From: Blastocystis sp. Blastoise
Lineage: Eukaryota > Protista > Bigyra: Opalinata
Assembly: GCA_039096225.1 (NCBI GenBank)
Contig: JBBPEB010000013.1
Location: 248,001 to 312,000 of the forward strand
Reading direction: 5' to 3'
DNA: 64,000 nt
Shown here piece by piece: positions 21,788 through 54,608 of the stretch (positions within the stretch are counted from its first letter, which is position 1; every line of letters starts with the position of its first letter). Made by a program: the position numbers and the translations under genes. The notes beneath the pieces are model-generated. The model saw only the letters and a list, made by a program, of their open reading frames with translations, was not told where the DNA came from and ran no database searches.

Positions 21788-23330
21788 TGCCACTTAATTA
21801 TAGACTTTATAACACAAAAAAACAAATGATCTCTTGAAAATAAATAAAAAGAAATGAAAGAATTTATATGTCAAGATTATCTAAAGCAGCAACCCAAGCT
21901 GTTTGTTGAGAGGAAATGACTGATATCTGCCGATTCACGGTAAATTTCAAATAAGCACGAAGAAACTTCAAATTTCTAGGATTCTCGTCTAGGGTGTTTT
22001 TCAGATTTACTTTTGAGAAACTCAAGCAAATAAGTTCTTGTTTATTACTCTAAAGAGTCAGACAGTCAACGGTAACCCTACGAAATGATTATTGTGAATA
22101 AATGAAATCATTTTGAAATATTTATGTCTTAACTATATAATAATTGTGATTCATGGCAGTCTTAAAACTCCTATACACTCCTACAGAGCAGTCAATAAAC
22201 TTATTCTCAACAATATCAAGAATTATCTCTTCACAAAAAACAAATAAAAAGCTAAGAAACCTCTTTTATTGTTTCTTTGTTTTATCTCTTGAAAACCCCT
22301 GGTTATTCATGTTTTTAACAGAGAAACTTCTCGTTTATTACTACCAATCAATCCATCTACTAAAACTTATTATCCAGTCATTCACTTATTTTCTTAATAT
22401 AACGAATAAAAGGTGTTAAAAGTTGTCTTTACTATTCTATTGAGTAATTCTCGGAGATCAACGAATCAAAACATAGAATTACTGATGACAAACTTATCAA
22501 CAAATTCATTTTCTGTTTTCTTTTAAACTTTTCTTGTCGGAGCATTCTCCTCTCTTTTTTTCTTTCTTATTCAAATATTTTTTATATCCTCGCGTTATTT
22601 GGCATTCGAATCATAAGGATACTGTTCTATATATCGTTAACTATATTTTAGTTAAATTTTTAAAAACTTTTTTTATAATCATGTTGATAAAAATTGTATT
22701 TGCATGCGTATTTCAATTGCTGTATTTTTTTTTGGAATACATTATTGCTATAAACAGAAATAATTTGACAATGAAAACAAGGATAACTAGAAACATGACA
22801 CTAGTCGATAGGTGTTTCCTGTGTTTAGGAAATTCACAAATCGGTAATTCATTTCATTAGTCTCATTTTTTAACTATCTAAAAAAAAATAAAATTGATTA
22901 TAATTTTTTATTTGTTTTATCTAAGAAATATATATACACACATAATACGAGATGATCAAAGCAACCAACATTTTTTCAAATTTTTTTTTAATATTATTTA
23001 CAAAAACTCAAAAAAAAAATGATTTTCTTTTTACAAATTTTATAGCATATAACCGTTATATGAAGAAAAATGATGTTGAACTTTTACAAAAATATTTTTA
23101 GAATACCCACATGTTTAGAGTATTATTCAAACAAAAACATTTTCAACAATTGTAAACAGAAATTTCAATTCACTTTCTAATTATATATATGCATATATAA
23201 CTATGTACTACTTAAAAATAGCTTATATACTCACTAATAGGTCTTATGAATTAGTTATGAAAAAGAAATATATGTTTTTAGTTTAAAAAAGAAAAAATGA
23301 AAAAGTGTGTCATCGAAACACAAGAATAAT

Positions 23331-25994
<2,664 letters not shown>

Positions 25995-26002
25995 AAGAAT
26001 AA

Positions 26003-26419
26003 GAGATTATGACCTACCTCGACGTTTTACGCCTAGTTGCCGTTAAACTCGACTATAGAATTCTATTCGAACGCAATTGACTTTTCGGAACAAAATTGAG
26101 TATTTAGCCAATCATTTTTAAATTAATATAGTCGAACTAAAATGATTCGCTAATTTTTTTACAGAATTCTATTAGAGTTGACTAAAATTGAAATCGGTGT
26201 CCGCCATGGGCAACCGAGGGTAAGGAGCCTCCCCCAGAAAGTTTTTTCCTAAACCTTGAACCGCCAGAAGTACCCTTCAAACTGGCGCTTTTGAAAATTT
26301 TGTACCCCAGCAGAGTTTTTATGGCGAACCCTGCCCAAGAATTAATTGTATTCGAATAGAATTCTATAGTCGAGTTTAACGGCAACTAGGCGTAAAACGT
26401 CGAGGTAGGTCATAATCTC
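26003..26419. mobile_element. 417-bp MITE (MULE-like), 69-bp perfect TIRs, 9-bp TSD CAAGAATAA
   Basis: 26003-26071 is the reverse complement of 26351-26419. caagaataa at 25994-26002 and 26420-26428. Termini GAGA...TCTC, as in the neighbouring element. Confidence 0.93.
26195..26338 (-). ncRNA. Candidate structured RNA (unidentified) inside the MITE
   Basis: GC-rich island with several complementary segments and G-U wobbles that favour the minus strand. No family recognised. Confidence 0.4.
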
Positions 26420-27203
26420 CAAGAATAATTGCAATTCTAAAAGAATTCATCAGTAGTGTCCAATGAAATATCGATTTATACCCTTCCTACAGTTTTGGTT
26501 CGCTCATTTTGAACAAAAAGTTGCCCTGTTTTCGAAACACAATTATATCCTTTTATGTGTTTCTTTATGGTCCCTTCTTGTATGAAATTCTGAACTTATT
26601 ATGAAAATTTTTATAGGAGCATAATATTTCATTTCACTATATTAAATAAATTCATAATTGACTTTTATAAGTATTGGCTTGATGAATATTTTTCATTTTA
26701 ATCTAATCCACTCAAATATGAAACTTTTTGATGTATAGTGATAAAACATAATCATGATTCCTTGATCACTATACATGTCCTATTTTTTATTTTATTTTTT
26801 TTAATAAGCAAAATAATCGTGAAATTATTGAAAATAGTTGATATTTTTCTTAGAAAACCAGAGAATACCGATCATTCTGGACCATTCGTTTTAAAGTCTA
26901 TTAGGGACAAAAAACATAGAAAAAAAACAAAGAAAAAAGTCTTGTTTTCTTTTAAGATAAAAGATATTAAATAGTCTTATTTGGTATAGAACAAAGTACT
27001 TGTAATATATCTATCCCTCCTTTCTTGAGATAATAATTATATGTATTATTAAAGGGAATCAATATATGTATTTTATTCAAAATTCTACTGTATAATTCCT
27101 GTTTTTAGTTCGTTCATTCATACTTTGATTCTTTTTATTTTCGTCTGATTGCTTGCGTCAACCTTTATTTATATTTGTTTTACAGAACAGTTTCTTTTAA
27201 CTT

Positions 27204-28474
27204 ATGGATGAGGTTGTTGGAAAAGGTGTTGTTCAAGTTTTAGAATGTGTTCTTGAAAATCTAGTTAGTCGTTATGATAATGTATACTTTTATTTTTATT
27301 ATGTTTATTCTTATTGTAAACTCATTTTTATTTTTAGTATATCAGTTTCGTTTCTTTTTTGTTCTTTTTTTTTCTTTAAATACTTTTCTTTTAGTATTTG
27401 AGCTTTATTAATAGTCTATACTCTTATAGACTGCACCTCCTCACTCATGTGTCACAAAATTTCATGCTATAAAGCCCCCAAATATTTCTCTTCGAGACTA
27501 TTTGGAAAGGTATTTATTCTTTTTATTTTTATACGAATCGATAATGGATTCATTGGAGATATATATTTATGAAATATTTTAATTAGACATCTTATCTATT
27601 CTTTCCAATGTGAATACATTTTAAAAGATGTTCTATATTTCATTTTTATTTAGAATCAGGAAATATGGACGACTAAGTGTCGAGTGCTTTGTACTTTCTT
27701 TGATTTATATTGATCGATTAATAAGAAATGTCAATTTATTAGTTAATTCATATAGTGTTCATCGAGTTGTTATTACAAGGTATATATTTTTTTCTGCACT
27801 TAATACTAAAAGAATTCTGATGTTTATCAATATTATTATTATATGTTTAGTATCATGTTAGCAGCCAAATTCTTTGATGATCGTTATTGTTCAAATAGTT
27901 TTTATGCTCAAATTGGTGGTGTTAGTGTTGATGAAATTAATTCCCTTGAAATTGAATATCTTTTTTACATAAACTTTTATTTATACGTTGATTCTGATGA
28001 ATATATGAAATATCATAACATGCTCTATTTACATACTATTCAAAAATCATGTATTAATTGCAGTATATATATATATATTGTTATTATATTTATTTATTAT
28101 TATATTATTATTATTAATATATTTTAATTAATATATTTTTATTATATTTATTTTTATTAATATATTTTTATTAATATATTTTTATTAATTATATATATAT
28201 AGGTACAATTCGTTTTCCTAATATGATTATAGTAAAAAATGATAAAGATGAGAATGTATATAAATATGAGGAGTTTCGAGTGGATCCTTATTATACTTCT
28301 TCTTCTCCATCTCATCATCTTAAACAAACGGCAGTACCCAAGAATTATGTCGTTAGCACAGCAGCAGCTCAGCCAATCGCTGTCAATCGTGTTCCCATCA
28401 CACAAGCTGCGTCATCACAAATGATTCATTATAATAATTATTATTATACTCAAAATAATTCATATACTCATTAA
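27204..28474 (+). CDS. PHO80-like / U(P)-type cyclin (5 exons)
   Basis: KFHAIKPPNISLRDYLERIRKY, ECFVLSLIYIDRL, SVHRVVITSIMLAAKFFDD, FYAQIGGVS. Confidence 0.93.
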
Positions 28475-29130
28475 GATATATAAGTATATATATATATAAT
28501 TTGTATTGTTTTTATTTTTTAATTTTATTTTGTGTATATTTTTAAATTATATCTTCATTTCTTACTTTTACTATTCATACCTTATATATATATATAATTA
28601 TATTCACTATTAAGAGTCTATTCATTTCAATTCTATTTCTTCTTATATATAATTCTATATATATTTTCTATTATTCTTTTTTATTATTTTTTTATATTGT
28701 GTCTCGATTTTGTAGGATCATGTATTTTCTTTTATGAAATTACTTATCACATATTAAGATATTAAATATATACATATATTTAATATCTAATTTTTCTTTT
28801 CTTTTTTTAATTTTTTTTTATTGTATTATTTATTTTTTTTTAACTTTTTCTCTTTTTTTTTAATTCCTCTTTAGCTTAATTGTTTTAAATATCTTCGCAT
28901 TTATATTTTCTGTTTTGTAATATGCAAGCATAAACAATTTATATAAGAAATAATCATACTCCATAAAGGTTTGTTTGATTATTTTATTTTGGCTTTTTTT
29001 CTTCTATGTCATTTATTAAAACAAAAAACAAAATAAATCATATCATACTATTTATAAATAATATGTTTTTGTTGTTACTTTTTATTTTTATTCAATAAGT
29101 ACATGATATTTAAAACATAAATGAATATAA

Positions 29131-30996
<1,866 letters not shown>

Positions 30997-31818
30997 ATTC
31001 TAAGAATTAAAAAAAATATATTTATCAATAGAAAATCAACATAAGCAGGTCCTTGTATTGTAAGAATTCTTAATTGGTGCATTTTATAGTCAACTACGTA
31101 TATGAATAAAACAAATCAAGTCTTTGAAAACGTAATTATTTATAATAAAATTACATGAAAAACAAATGATGAAATATAAATAGAATAGAATCATAACCAA
31201 ATGAATATAAATCTATGAATATTGAACTTTAAAATACTTTTAAATAATTGAAACAAAAAATATAATAAAAAAAAGGCAAACAAAAAAAAAAGTAACTAAA
31301 ATTGAAGTAAAGAAAAATGACTAAATAAGTATATATATATACGGAGATACAAATCAGAAAAAATGATGAAAAATATTGAGAAATAAAATTCAATATAGAT
31401 AATGAATAGATATACATATATATGTATGTATATATACTCTAATAAGAAAAACTAAATGTAAAACTATAATATATATATGATATATATATATATATGAATG
31501 AATGAATGAATGAATTATTTACATGATTATAAAAGTTTATAGAAATATAAAAATAAATATATATATAGAAAGAGAGAGTCAAATAGAAAAAAAAATGATT
31601 ATATATATATATATATATTAATATATGTAATAAAAATGTATCGAATCTGTTAATAATTTAAGAAGAGACGAAACAGAAAGAGATAAGATATATATAAATG
31701 AAAATAGAACTACAACTATATATTTAAAATTATAGATAAATGTATATAATAAATCAAAGAATTGATGATAAAATGAATACTAATATATAAATATATATAT
31801 ATATAATTTCTATATGAT

Positions 31819-37739
<5,921 letters not shown>

Positions 37740-39100
37740 TCTTGACTTTTCTTATATATGTAAGAATAACTCTAAAAGAATAATATATATTTTTATGAGA
37801 ATTACTTGCCAATAGTAAAACAAATAAACTTTATTATTATGCACAATCACTAAACACTTACAAAAATTCTATTTTTATACTGAATTCTTTCATGACTCCC
37901 GTGGAAATTTCAATTATTTCTCTTGGATGTATTTTTTTGTCAGTTACCTTTCTTTACAACCATTGGTTGAACCACTTTTTGGAAGGTTCACAGAAGTGTT
38001 TTTACAAGCTGTTATTTTAATATATATTTGTATCTATCGAATATAGTTGTCATCTCTAGCAAGTCTCATTTTGTCTCTATAGAAACATCATAATTTTAAA
38101 CTGAAATACAGTCATTTCATTTCTGCTTTTTGTCGTCATTACTGAGATTCTATAGTGAACATGAGCTAGATAGATTCCTAATACATTCAATTTAATAAGA
38201 GCCAGCATTTTAATTCAATTAAAAACAATCACTTATTTTTAGTTTTTTTTTTGTTTCCTTCAGTTATATTTATAATCCATATATTCAGTTCCTTAATAGT
38301 ATCATTGATCATTTATTGCTTGAATGTAAACAAAAAATAATTATAATCACTATTCGTTGTATCTATTTTTTTTGGTTAATTATACTTTTAAGACTCAAGT
38401 AGCGTTTCAACGGATGATGTATAACTTAGTGCACACTATTTGAGTGTCAAATAATACTTTAAAAAAATTAAAATTTAATTAAATGAATTCAGAAATAAAG
38501 TCAGATTCATTTTTATTTCTTGCTATTTCAAATACCAATAATACTATAGATATGTTGAACACATTATTTATTATCATGAATTGAATATTCTATTGTTTAA
38601 AGGGCATTTTAACAAAAACTTATATATTGTTTAATATACGAATTTTAGAATCGATCAAAATACCACAAGATACTTACAGTCTTGCCGAGATATATATAAG
38701 ATACAAGAGAGTCTAGGAATTCAAAAGAAATAATAAATACTAGATTGAGTACATTCACTTCTATATTAGTTTTCAAAGTAAATGAGATATAACTATATCA
38801 GTTAAAGTTTATTTAAAACTAAATAAAACTAAAGCAAGTAAATTGTGAAACAAAGAATCTTGATAAACAAAAAAAAAACTCAGAAGTTTTAAACTATTGA
38901 ATAGATGCTACATGAATTTTTTAAATTATTTATCATGAACAGAATAATCGCGGGGATAAAATTATTTAGTACTTTAGAAATCAAATTCTCAGGATTCTCA
39001 AGAAGAATAGACATTTTTTTAGTAAAACTACTGAACTCAATTTTAATCTATTTTTATTCTTTTTCATATAACTTCTTTAGTTTCATAGTAAAAAGGGAAA

Positions 39101-40171
39101 ATGAACTCAAATAAAGTTAGTTTCGTGTTTACAGATGGTGTACGAACCGAACTTTCCTATGATAAAATTATTCAGTTACCTGGATCTTGTCTTTATAAGT
39201 ATTTGGAAGCAAATAAGAATATATATAAAGCAGTTGGCATAAGAATTGAAAGACCTGGCGCTTATTTTAAGTATATAGCAAATTTGATTGAAAGAGGTCA
39301 ATTTATATTGTATATAAATGATGTTGATAATTTAGATAAGATCTTTGAGGAATTTAAATATTATGATTTTGATGTTCCTGAGGCTTTATCACAATTTACA
39401 AGACAATTAATTACACAATTATGGTTTGATCCTGTTATTAAGATTCAAGCTCCAGATGATGTTTATGAAATACAACGTGGATGGTTGGAACGCTTAGGAA
39501 TAACAAGATCTTATTTTTCTGATGATGGTTTAATTGGTTGTCAATATGATTTAGTGAATGGTACATTTATTCTTCCATTTCAATTCAAATTTTTCAAGTG
39601 TGTATACAATTACCTTCGTACAGGTATAGTTACTTTACCTCATAATGATATTGAAACTGTTCAAATGGTAACATTAGAATTTCGATCTTTAAAACTACCT
39701 ACTGAAGATATTAATGCGGTTTCGAATAATGATAATAAATTTAATAATATAAGCGATATCTTAACAAATCGTACTTCTTATTATTTACAAAAAATGACAC
39801 GACTGAAAAACGTTCAATTACTTTATTCGTATTTTTTTTTAATTATTATTATTATTCTATTTAGTGTTATGTTATATATTTATTATTATTAATATATTTT
39901 GTTATCAATACTATTTTATTATTATGCTCTGTTATATTTATTAATAGGATATATCCTATTTATTATACTTTTATATTAATTATATCTATAAATTAAAATC
40001 ATTCTATTATTCTATGCTATATTTAGATCTAAGAAGCATGAGAATACAGTAGAGTATTTTCACCGTCAATGTGACGATCAAGGTCCAACGATCACTTTAA
40101 TTCAAGTCACAAATAATAATAAAACCACGGTTTTTGGAGCATTCACAAGTATTCCTTGGTCAAGCTGTAAA

Positions 40172-40210
<39 letters not shown>

Positions 40211-40660
40211 TATATTTATATACTCTATATATATTATTGATATATCATAGTATATGCTCTACTATATTTCATATATATTCTATATATTCTATACACTATT
40301 TATTCTATAGATGATTCTCTTTATGATTCGTCTTCTTTCTTATTTACATTACAAAACACGTGCTATATCTCTCCACGTGCTTTTTACCCAACCATGAATT
40401 CGAATTCGATTGTTTTACAGAATTTATTGGGTCCTACATTTGGTAATTGTATTGATGAAGATGATCTTTCTATTCATTTTAATATCTCTTCTAACTTTAC
40501 TTCTCTTCCTTCTATTACTGTATATACACATTTTATTAAAGATCAAGGAGCTTATATAAATGATACAAATAAAGGACTTGAAGTATTTATTAATGATTCT
40601 ATTCATCTTAATGAAATCGAAATCCCCGTGGATATTCTTGAAGTTTATAAAGTGCTTTAA
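39101..40660 (+). CDS. BTB/POZ (KCTD-like, two copies) plus TLDc domain protein (3 exons)
   Basis: IERPGAYFKYIANLI, FKCVYNYLRTG (BTB); LLYSSKKH..FHRQCDDQGPTITLI..VFGAFTSIPW, SFLFTL, GPTFG..DL, LEVYKV (TLDc). Confidence 0.88.
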
Positions 40661-41426
40661 AAGATATATAAACTTATTCTCTATCTTTTTTGTAATCATA
40701 ATTATATATATATATATATATAGCATTTGATTATGAATATTATAATAGTTGACCTCATTTCATTTGATTCTTATTATTATATATAATACCCTTTCATTCT
40801 CATCTTTTATTTTTTCTATTTATTATATCGTTTCTCTTCTTATTCTCTTCTTATTCTTTATATATATAATAATAATTAGTATAATAATGTATATATATAT
40901 TAAAATATATATAAATCAATGTATCTCTATATTATTCTCATTATATATAAGAATCATCCTACTAGTTATTTTCTTATTCTTTGTAAACCATTTTCTTTTA
41001 TCCTTCTATTTATATACTTATATTATTCTATATTTCTATAGTATTCCTCTTCAATTTTTCATTTTTTTTTTCTTTTTTCATTTTTTTTTAACATATTTCT
41101 TATTCAATTTTTCATCCAATTTTTCATATATAGAATAATGTATATTAAACTATATATTAATATACATATCTATATCTTTATTTTATGTTTATAAACCTAC
41201 TTTTCCATTTCTTAAGCATATTATTTGGTATCCCATTTTTCTTGTCTTCTTCTTTTGTGTTGTTCTTTTTTATTTTGTCTCTATTATATACTTATAAATA
41301 TATAGCATTAAATATTTTTTTATATGTATAATTAATCATTTCATAGTTATTTATCACAATTATCATTATAATTCTTTTGTTTAGTTACTTTTTTTCTAAG
41401 AATTTTTATTCATTATCATGCTTTAT

Positions 41427-41482
<56 letters not shown>

Positions 41483-41612
41483 TTCAAAAATGTATTATAA
41501 AAACAAAACCTGTTGATTTTCTTTCACTTTTACCTTTAGAAAAGTCCTTCATAAACATATAAAGAGAATCATCAGAAAAGAAAAGCAATATATATATATA
41601 TATTAATAATAA

Positions 41613-44095
41613 CTAATCATGTTTCTGTTTACGAAGATGATTTTGTTTCTCTCTGTACATATTAAGATATTTATTAGAAGAAGAATTCTCCTTAATAATT
41701 GGTGATCCCATTTTAATAGTAGCCATATATAGAGTAATAAGAATATGTGTGATTTGAAGAAGAATAGAAGAGAGAGGAGTTGAAGGATAAACATTATATG
41801 AATATTCAAGAACAAAGAATAAAAGCATCTTCTATATATAGGATATAATATATATATTTAAAATATATTTTTATTATTTTTAAATGTATAGTAATTATAT
41901 ATATAATAAATATATGTATATTAAGAATGGAACTATTAACATATATAAAGAATAACTTTGATTAATATATAGAAAATGTAAATGTATATATATATATATG
42001 TACAATAATAGAAGGCATTTGTTCTCTGTAGAGAAGATAAGGAATAGTGTAGAAATACCATGAATAATACTATATATATAAATATATAGTATTAAATAGT
42101 ATATATAATATAACAATATATAGTATTAAAGAGTATATATATAACATAGAGTAGTATATACTTGATAATGAATAGATCGACTACATAAAATACCAATGAA
42201 ATTACTACCAAATAAGACGAGTAAGATATGATCTATTTATATAAAGTAATCATTTAAACATAATATAATATATATATATAACATTAAAGAATGGTATAAT
42301 TTAATATATATATAACTATTAGAATGATATAATATATAATATATATATATACCTGTTGTAAGCTTATTAAATACTTTTCTAGGAATAAACCAGTCACGAA
42401 TAATCGCGAATATATTTGATTTATAAGGAGCAGACATATCACTTTTCATGGTATTAAATACACCTCCTAATTGCCTATATATTTAATATATATATTATAT
42501 ATATAATATTTTATAATTAACATTATTGATAGGTATAATAATATATATATATATATATATATATACTTGGACCATTTACAGAAGATGAAGAGAAGAAGAA
42601 GAACCAATTGAAGTATAAGAAGAGATAAGCCTAAATATTTATTTACAAAGACCTATATATATTTTGTTATATTTTGTTATATATATTCTAATATATATAT
42701 AGTTATATATATACTTCTTCAGAAAGAAATTTAAAGTTAACAGTCCATTTATATGTAAATACTCTACCCTATATATATATATATATATTGATAAATATTG
42801 ACATATATATTTATATATTAATATTATAAAATTATATATAAATAATATAAAAAGATAGTACATATTTTATATATAATTTATATATATACAAATTCATATG
42901 CTTTAGATAAATATCCCCATGCGTTAACTTTTAAGAAGGGGATGGCAATGACACCTTGGAACACAAACAAAAGAACGAATAAAAGAATCGAATAGAGAGG
43001 TCCAACAGACTATATATAATATATAATATATATATATAATTATTATTATTATTATTACTATTATTATTAATTATATCTATATATATACTTCGAAGAGGAT
43101 AAGAAGAAGTCCGGGTGCATATAAAAGAGCATTCATCTTCGTACTACAAGCAAAAGCATATACTAACATACCTATATATATATATATATAGTAATCATAG
43201 TATAACAATAATTATAATATATATATATTAATCATAGTATAACAATAATATATATATATATATATTAATCATAGTAAAACAATAATTATAAATATATTTA
43301 TATATATATACCTAAGAACCATTGTTGGTTTGTAAAAAGAAGTCTAAAATAATAAAAGGTATATATATATAATACATAATAAATATATACAAGGCAACAA
43401 GAGTGATATTTAGCGTCACTGTATCATTAAAACAACGAAGCATATATATACCTATATATAGTTATATACATAATACATTTTATATATATAGTTATATATA
43501 CTTTTCATTCGTTTACTAATACATAAGAAAAGAGAAACATATCTATATATATATATCACCATTATTATTAAAAGCTATATATATACTGAGGAATTCTCTC
43601 ACTTTTATGATATAAATAAATAGTCATCATTTGATTCAATATATAAATACCCAAAAAGATATATTGAGCTATAAAAAATAAAAAAAATATAGACAAAGAA
43701 TAATATACCTAATCTGATATTTTCACCATTATCTGTTATTTTATATAACCATTCAAAAATCCAAACAAAGCCAGCAGGATAAACAAGAGGACCTAGACAT
43801 GAAAACAGCAAAATGTCAAAGATACACAAAATAGTTTAAGAAAACAACTTTCTATACATATATAGAATATACCTGTATCACCCTTAAGTTTTGTATAATC
43901 TAAAGTCTCATACATGGCACCATAGACTTCTTGCATATAGGCTTTCCAGTCAATTTCAGTATATGGAACAAAGTGAATAATTGCTAATCCAAGAATGGTT
44001 TCTGCAAGAATTACGTAAATAAAGAAATGCCAAAAGTAAGATCTCTTTGTTAAAACATTAACACCGTAGTTATAAGTAGACTCAATAATACTCAT
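41613..44095 (-). CDS. ALG3: Dol-P-Man:Man5GlcNAc2-PP-Dol alpha-1,3-mannosyltransferase (13 exons)
   Basis: [73 protein letters not shown]. Confidence 0.96.
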
Positions 44096-44434
44096 CACGA
44101 AATATAACAAAAACAAAAAAAATGAAAAGAAAATTATTTTTTTTAGAATTTCTAAAGAATATTTCATTGGATTGAAATAAACAAAGTGTTAATTGATAAT
44201 AATAAACGTTTCTAGAAGTATTCTGAAAGGATGACTATATTATTAACCTTAAAAAAGAAAGTCATTGAAATGATTTTCATAATTATATACATAATTTAGC
44301 CATTATTTTATAATAGTCAATAAGTATGAAAATATAAGCAAAAATAAAGATGTACCAAACTCTGAAATAAATATATATAGGAGTGATTGAGAAATAATTA
44401 AAAAAAGCAAAGAACAATATGAAAAGCAATAAAA

Positions 44435-45945
44435 TTAGGCAAGAATAGTATCGCTGTAGACTAAATGAATATTATATTTAGTAAGTTTTTCTTTGATTTC
44501 GGAAATGGAACTTAAGAATCCAGATCCTTCAGAGCCAACGCCAGGAATATGAGCTGCACGAGTAGCATCCATAACAATATAAGTCTCGAAACCATTCATA
44601 CTGTAATATATATTAAAATTAAATAGAAAAATAATAATAGAAATTATTATTCATAGATAAATATATAGAATATATAAAATATATAAAATATCTAAAATAT
44701 ATAAAATATATAAAATATATAAAATATATAGAATATATAAAATATATAAAATATATACGAAGCACCGATAGCAGTATCAAAAACACAAAAGTCGAAGGCT
44801 AAGCCACAAACGAAAACTCTCTTTTTTCCTTCAAGAATAGTCTATAGAATAATAGCAATAATATAATATAAAATGATTATCATATATATATATTATATCA
44901 GTGAATAGAAAAGCAAATGTTTAATAATATATAAAATATAATAAGTATCTATTTAAATATATATATATATACAGTAGTAGGTATTCTATTTAGAATAGAA
45001 GATACATCGGGTTTACTATCAATATCAATAGAACTAGTAGAAGATTTTAATTCATAGCCACCAGTCCAACATAAAAAGTCAGACTTATAACTGATTCTAT
45101 TTTCAGCTAGATAGATATAAGAATAATAAAAAGATTTAGAAATAATAATAAATTATATAATATGTAGATATATATAGAATATTTATAGAAGATCAATAAA
45201 CATAAAAATGATATAAGATATATATAGAATATATAATAAAACAATATATTTATATATAATAACAAAACATATATATATATATATACCTAATTCTTGAGTA
45301 TAAGGGAAAGAACTGAAAGAATCAGTTTCCTTCATAAAGGATTTATATATAATATGAAGATCAGCGTGGTTCTTTAAAGCATTCATAAAAGCAGTTTTAA
45401 TTGGTGGATAAAATTAATAAATAAATAATACATAAATATTGATTTAATAAGCATAATAAAACAAATAATAAGAATAACTGATTTATAAATATAATAAAAC
45501 AAATAAATAATATGAATAATTGACTTTATAAGTATAATACATTAATATACTTCAGCTCCAGCAGTTCCTTGAACACAGTGAGGAGGAAAAGGACCTCCAT
45601 AAGGAGTGAAAGAACAATGATCTTCTGGATGATAATCTTTACTAGCTAGTATTGTACATTTCTTGTCGGTAAAGAAACGTATAAGATCAAGAGTAGCAGG
45701 AAAAGCATTTTGACCATCCTAAAAAGAAGAATAAATATTTACATCCGAAATCAGTCAGTCAATTATATATATACATTAACACCAAATCTACCTCCATCAT
45801 TAGCGTATTCTGCAGGAACGAAATCATTTTGGAAATCAACGACAATTAATGCATCATCAGTGGAAATAGGTTGAATTTTCTCAGAACTGACATGTATATC
45901 CTTTTCAGCTAATAAAGATATATATTCAGAAAATAACTTAGACAT
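44435..45945 (-). CDS. pncA: Nicotinamidase/pyrazinamidase (isochorismatase family)
   Basis: ALIVVDFQNDF, DYHPEDHCSF, FPPHCVQGTAGAE, VCGLAFDFCV (Asp/Lys/Cys triad present). Probably needs a GT-AA intron at 45414-45550. Confidence 0.92.
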
Positions 45946-46199
45946 ATTATTTCTAACAAGAAGAAATTAACAATAAAAAGAAGAATGGAAAATCTTTTCT
46001 TAGTTTAGTTCCTATTTATTCGTTGAGCTAAATTATCACATAGTAATTTTTTCAAAAATTATTATTTGTACACAGAACATTGTTCATTATATAATCCAGT
46101 ATGAAATAATATTATAGAAACAAAACAAATAGTATTTTCAAACAATTCGAATGGTTTTTTAAAAATAACAACTATTATTTTAAATCAAACTCCTATATT

Positions 46200-47983
<1,784 letters not shown>

Positions 47984-48716
47984 TTCTAAAACTAAAATAA
48001 ATATGTCGAGGGAATGTAACAAAAAAACAGCATTCACGTTGATTAATAGTGATTCTTGACGCATCTTATGATATTCAAGGAACACAATCCTCATCAAATA
48101 ATATGTTGAAACAAGATGGTTAAAAGAATGGGATAACCGTGTTTATTATCGTTAGATGAAGGGGAAAAATTCTTTATCAAATGACTATACATCGAGAAAT
48201 GGAGTTTCTTTTGTTACATTACTGTTTTTGTGATTTAGAATCTATTTGAATATATAGTTTATACTAATAATTCATGGATATAGAATTCATTTTCATTTCT
48301 TTAGAGAAGATGACTCTATGATATTATAGGTTATATTGAAAAACATACTTTTTCTTTGTGATCTGTGGCTCATTTTTTGTTTTTACAATATATCAATGCT
48401 AATGAAACATAAAAAAAATATATATCTTGGTTGACAACTTTTGAACATATGTATTTTGAAACAAAAATAATTATTAGTGTTGAAAGAGTAAAATAACAAA
48501 ATAATAAATAAGGTAGTCTTTGTTTAGCATTAAAACTGTTATCAACGATATGTATATATATATCAATAAAGAAAAAGCAGAAAAATAAAAGAAGAATAAA
48601 AATAAAAAGTATAAATGATATACAATGCAGTAAAAAGAATAGAATAACACTATATACATATATTATAACATATAAAACACTTAAAGAAAAAATAAAGAAA
48701 TAGAAATATATAATTA

Positions 48717-54608
<5,892 letters not shown>

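Noticed and set aside
21840-23320. ORFs 22153-22419 and 22534-22860 and possible RNA genes in this intergenic stretch
   Set aside because: No motifs, splice pattern or convincing structure; likely DYRK upstream region.
26195-26338. Resemblance to the HDV ribozyme (TGGGCAAC..CCGAGGG..ATGGCGAA)
   Set aside because: The required P1/P2/P3 order cannot be built; the pairing partners lie on the wrong side.
26182-26385. 67-aa ORF and Kozak-like CCGCCATGG in the MITE
   Set aside because: The ORF starts inside the TIR at a non-ATG codon and has no recognisable motif; the plus-strand ATG closes after 5 codons.
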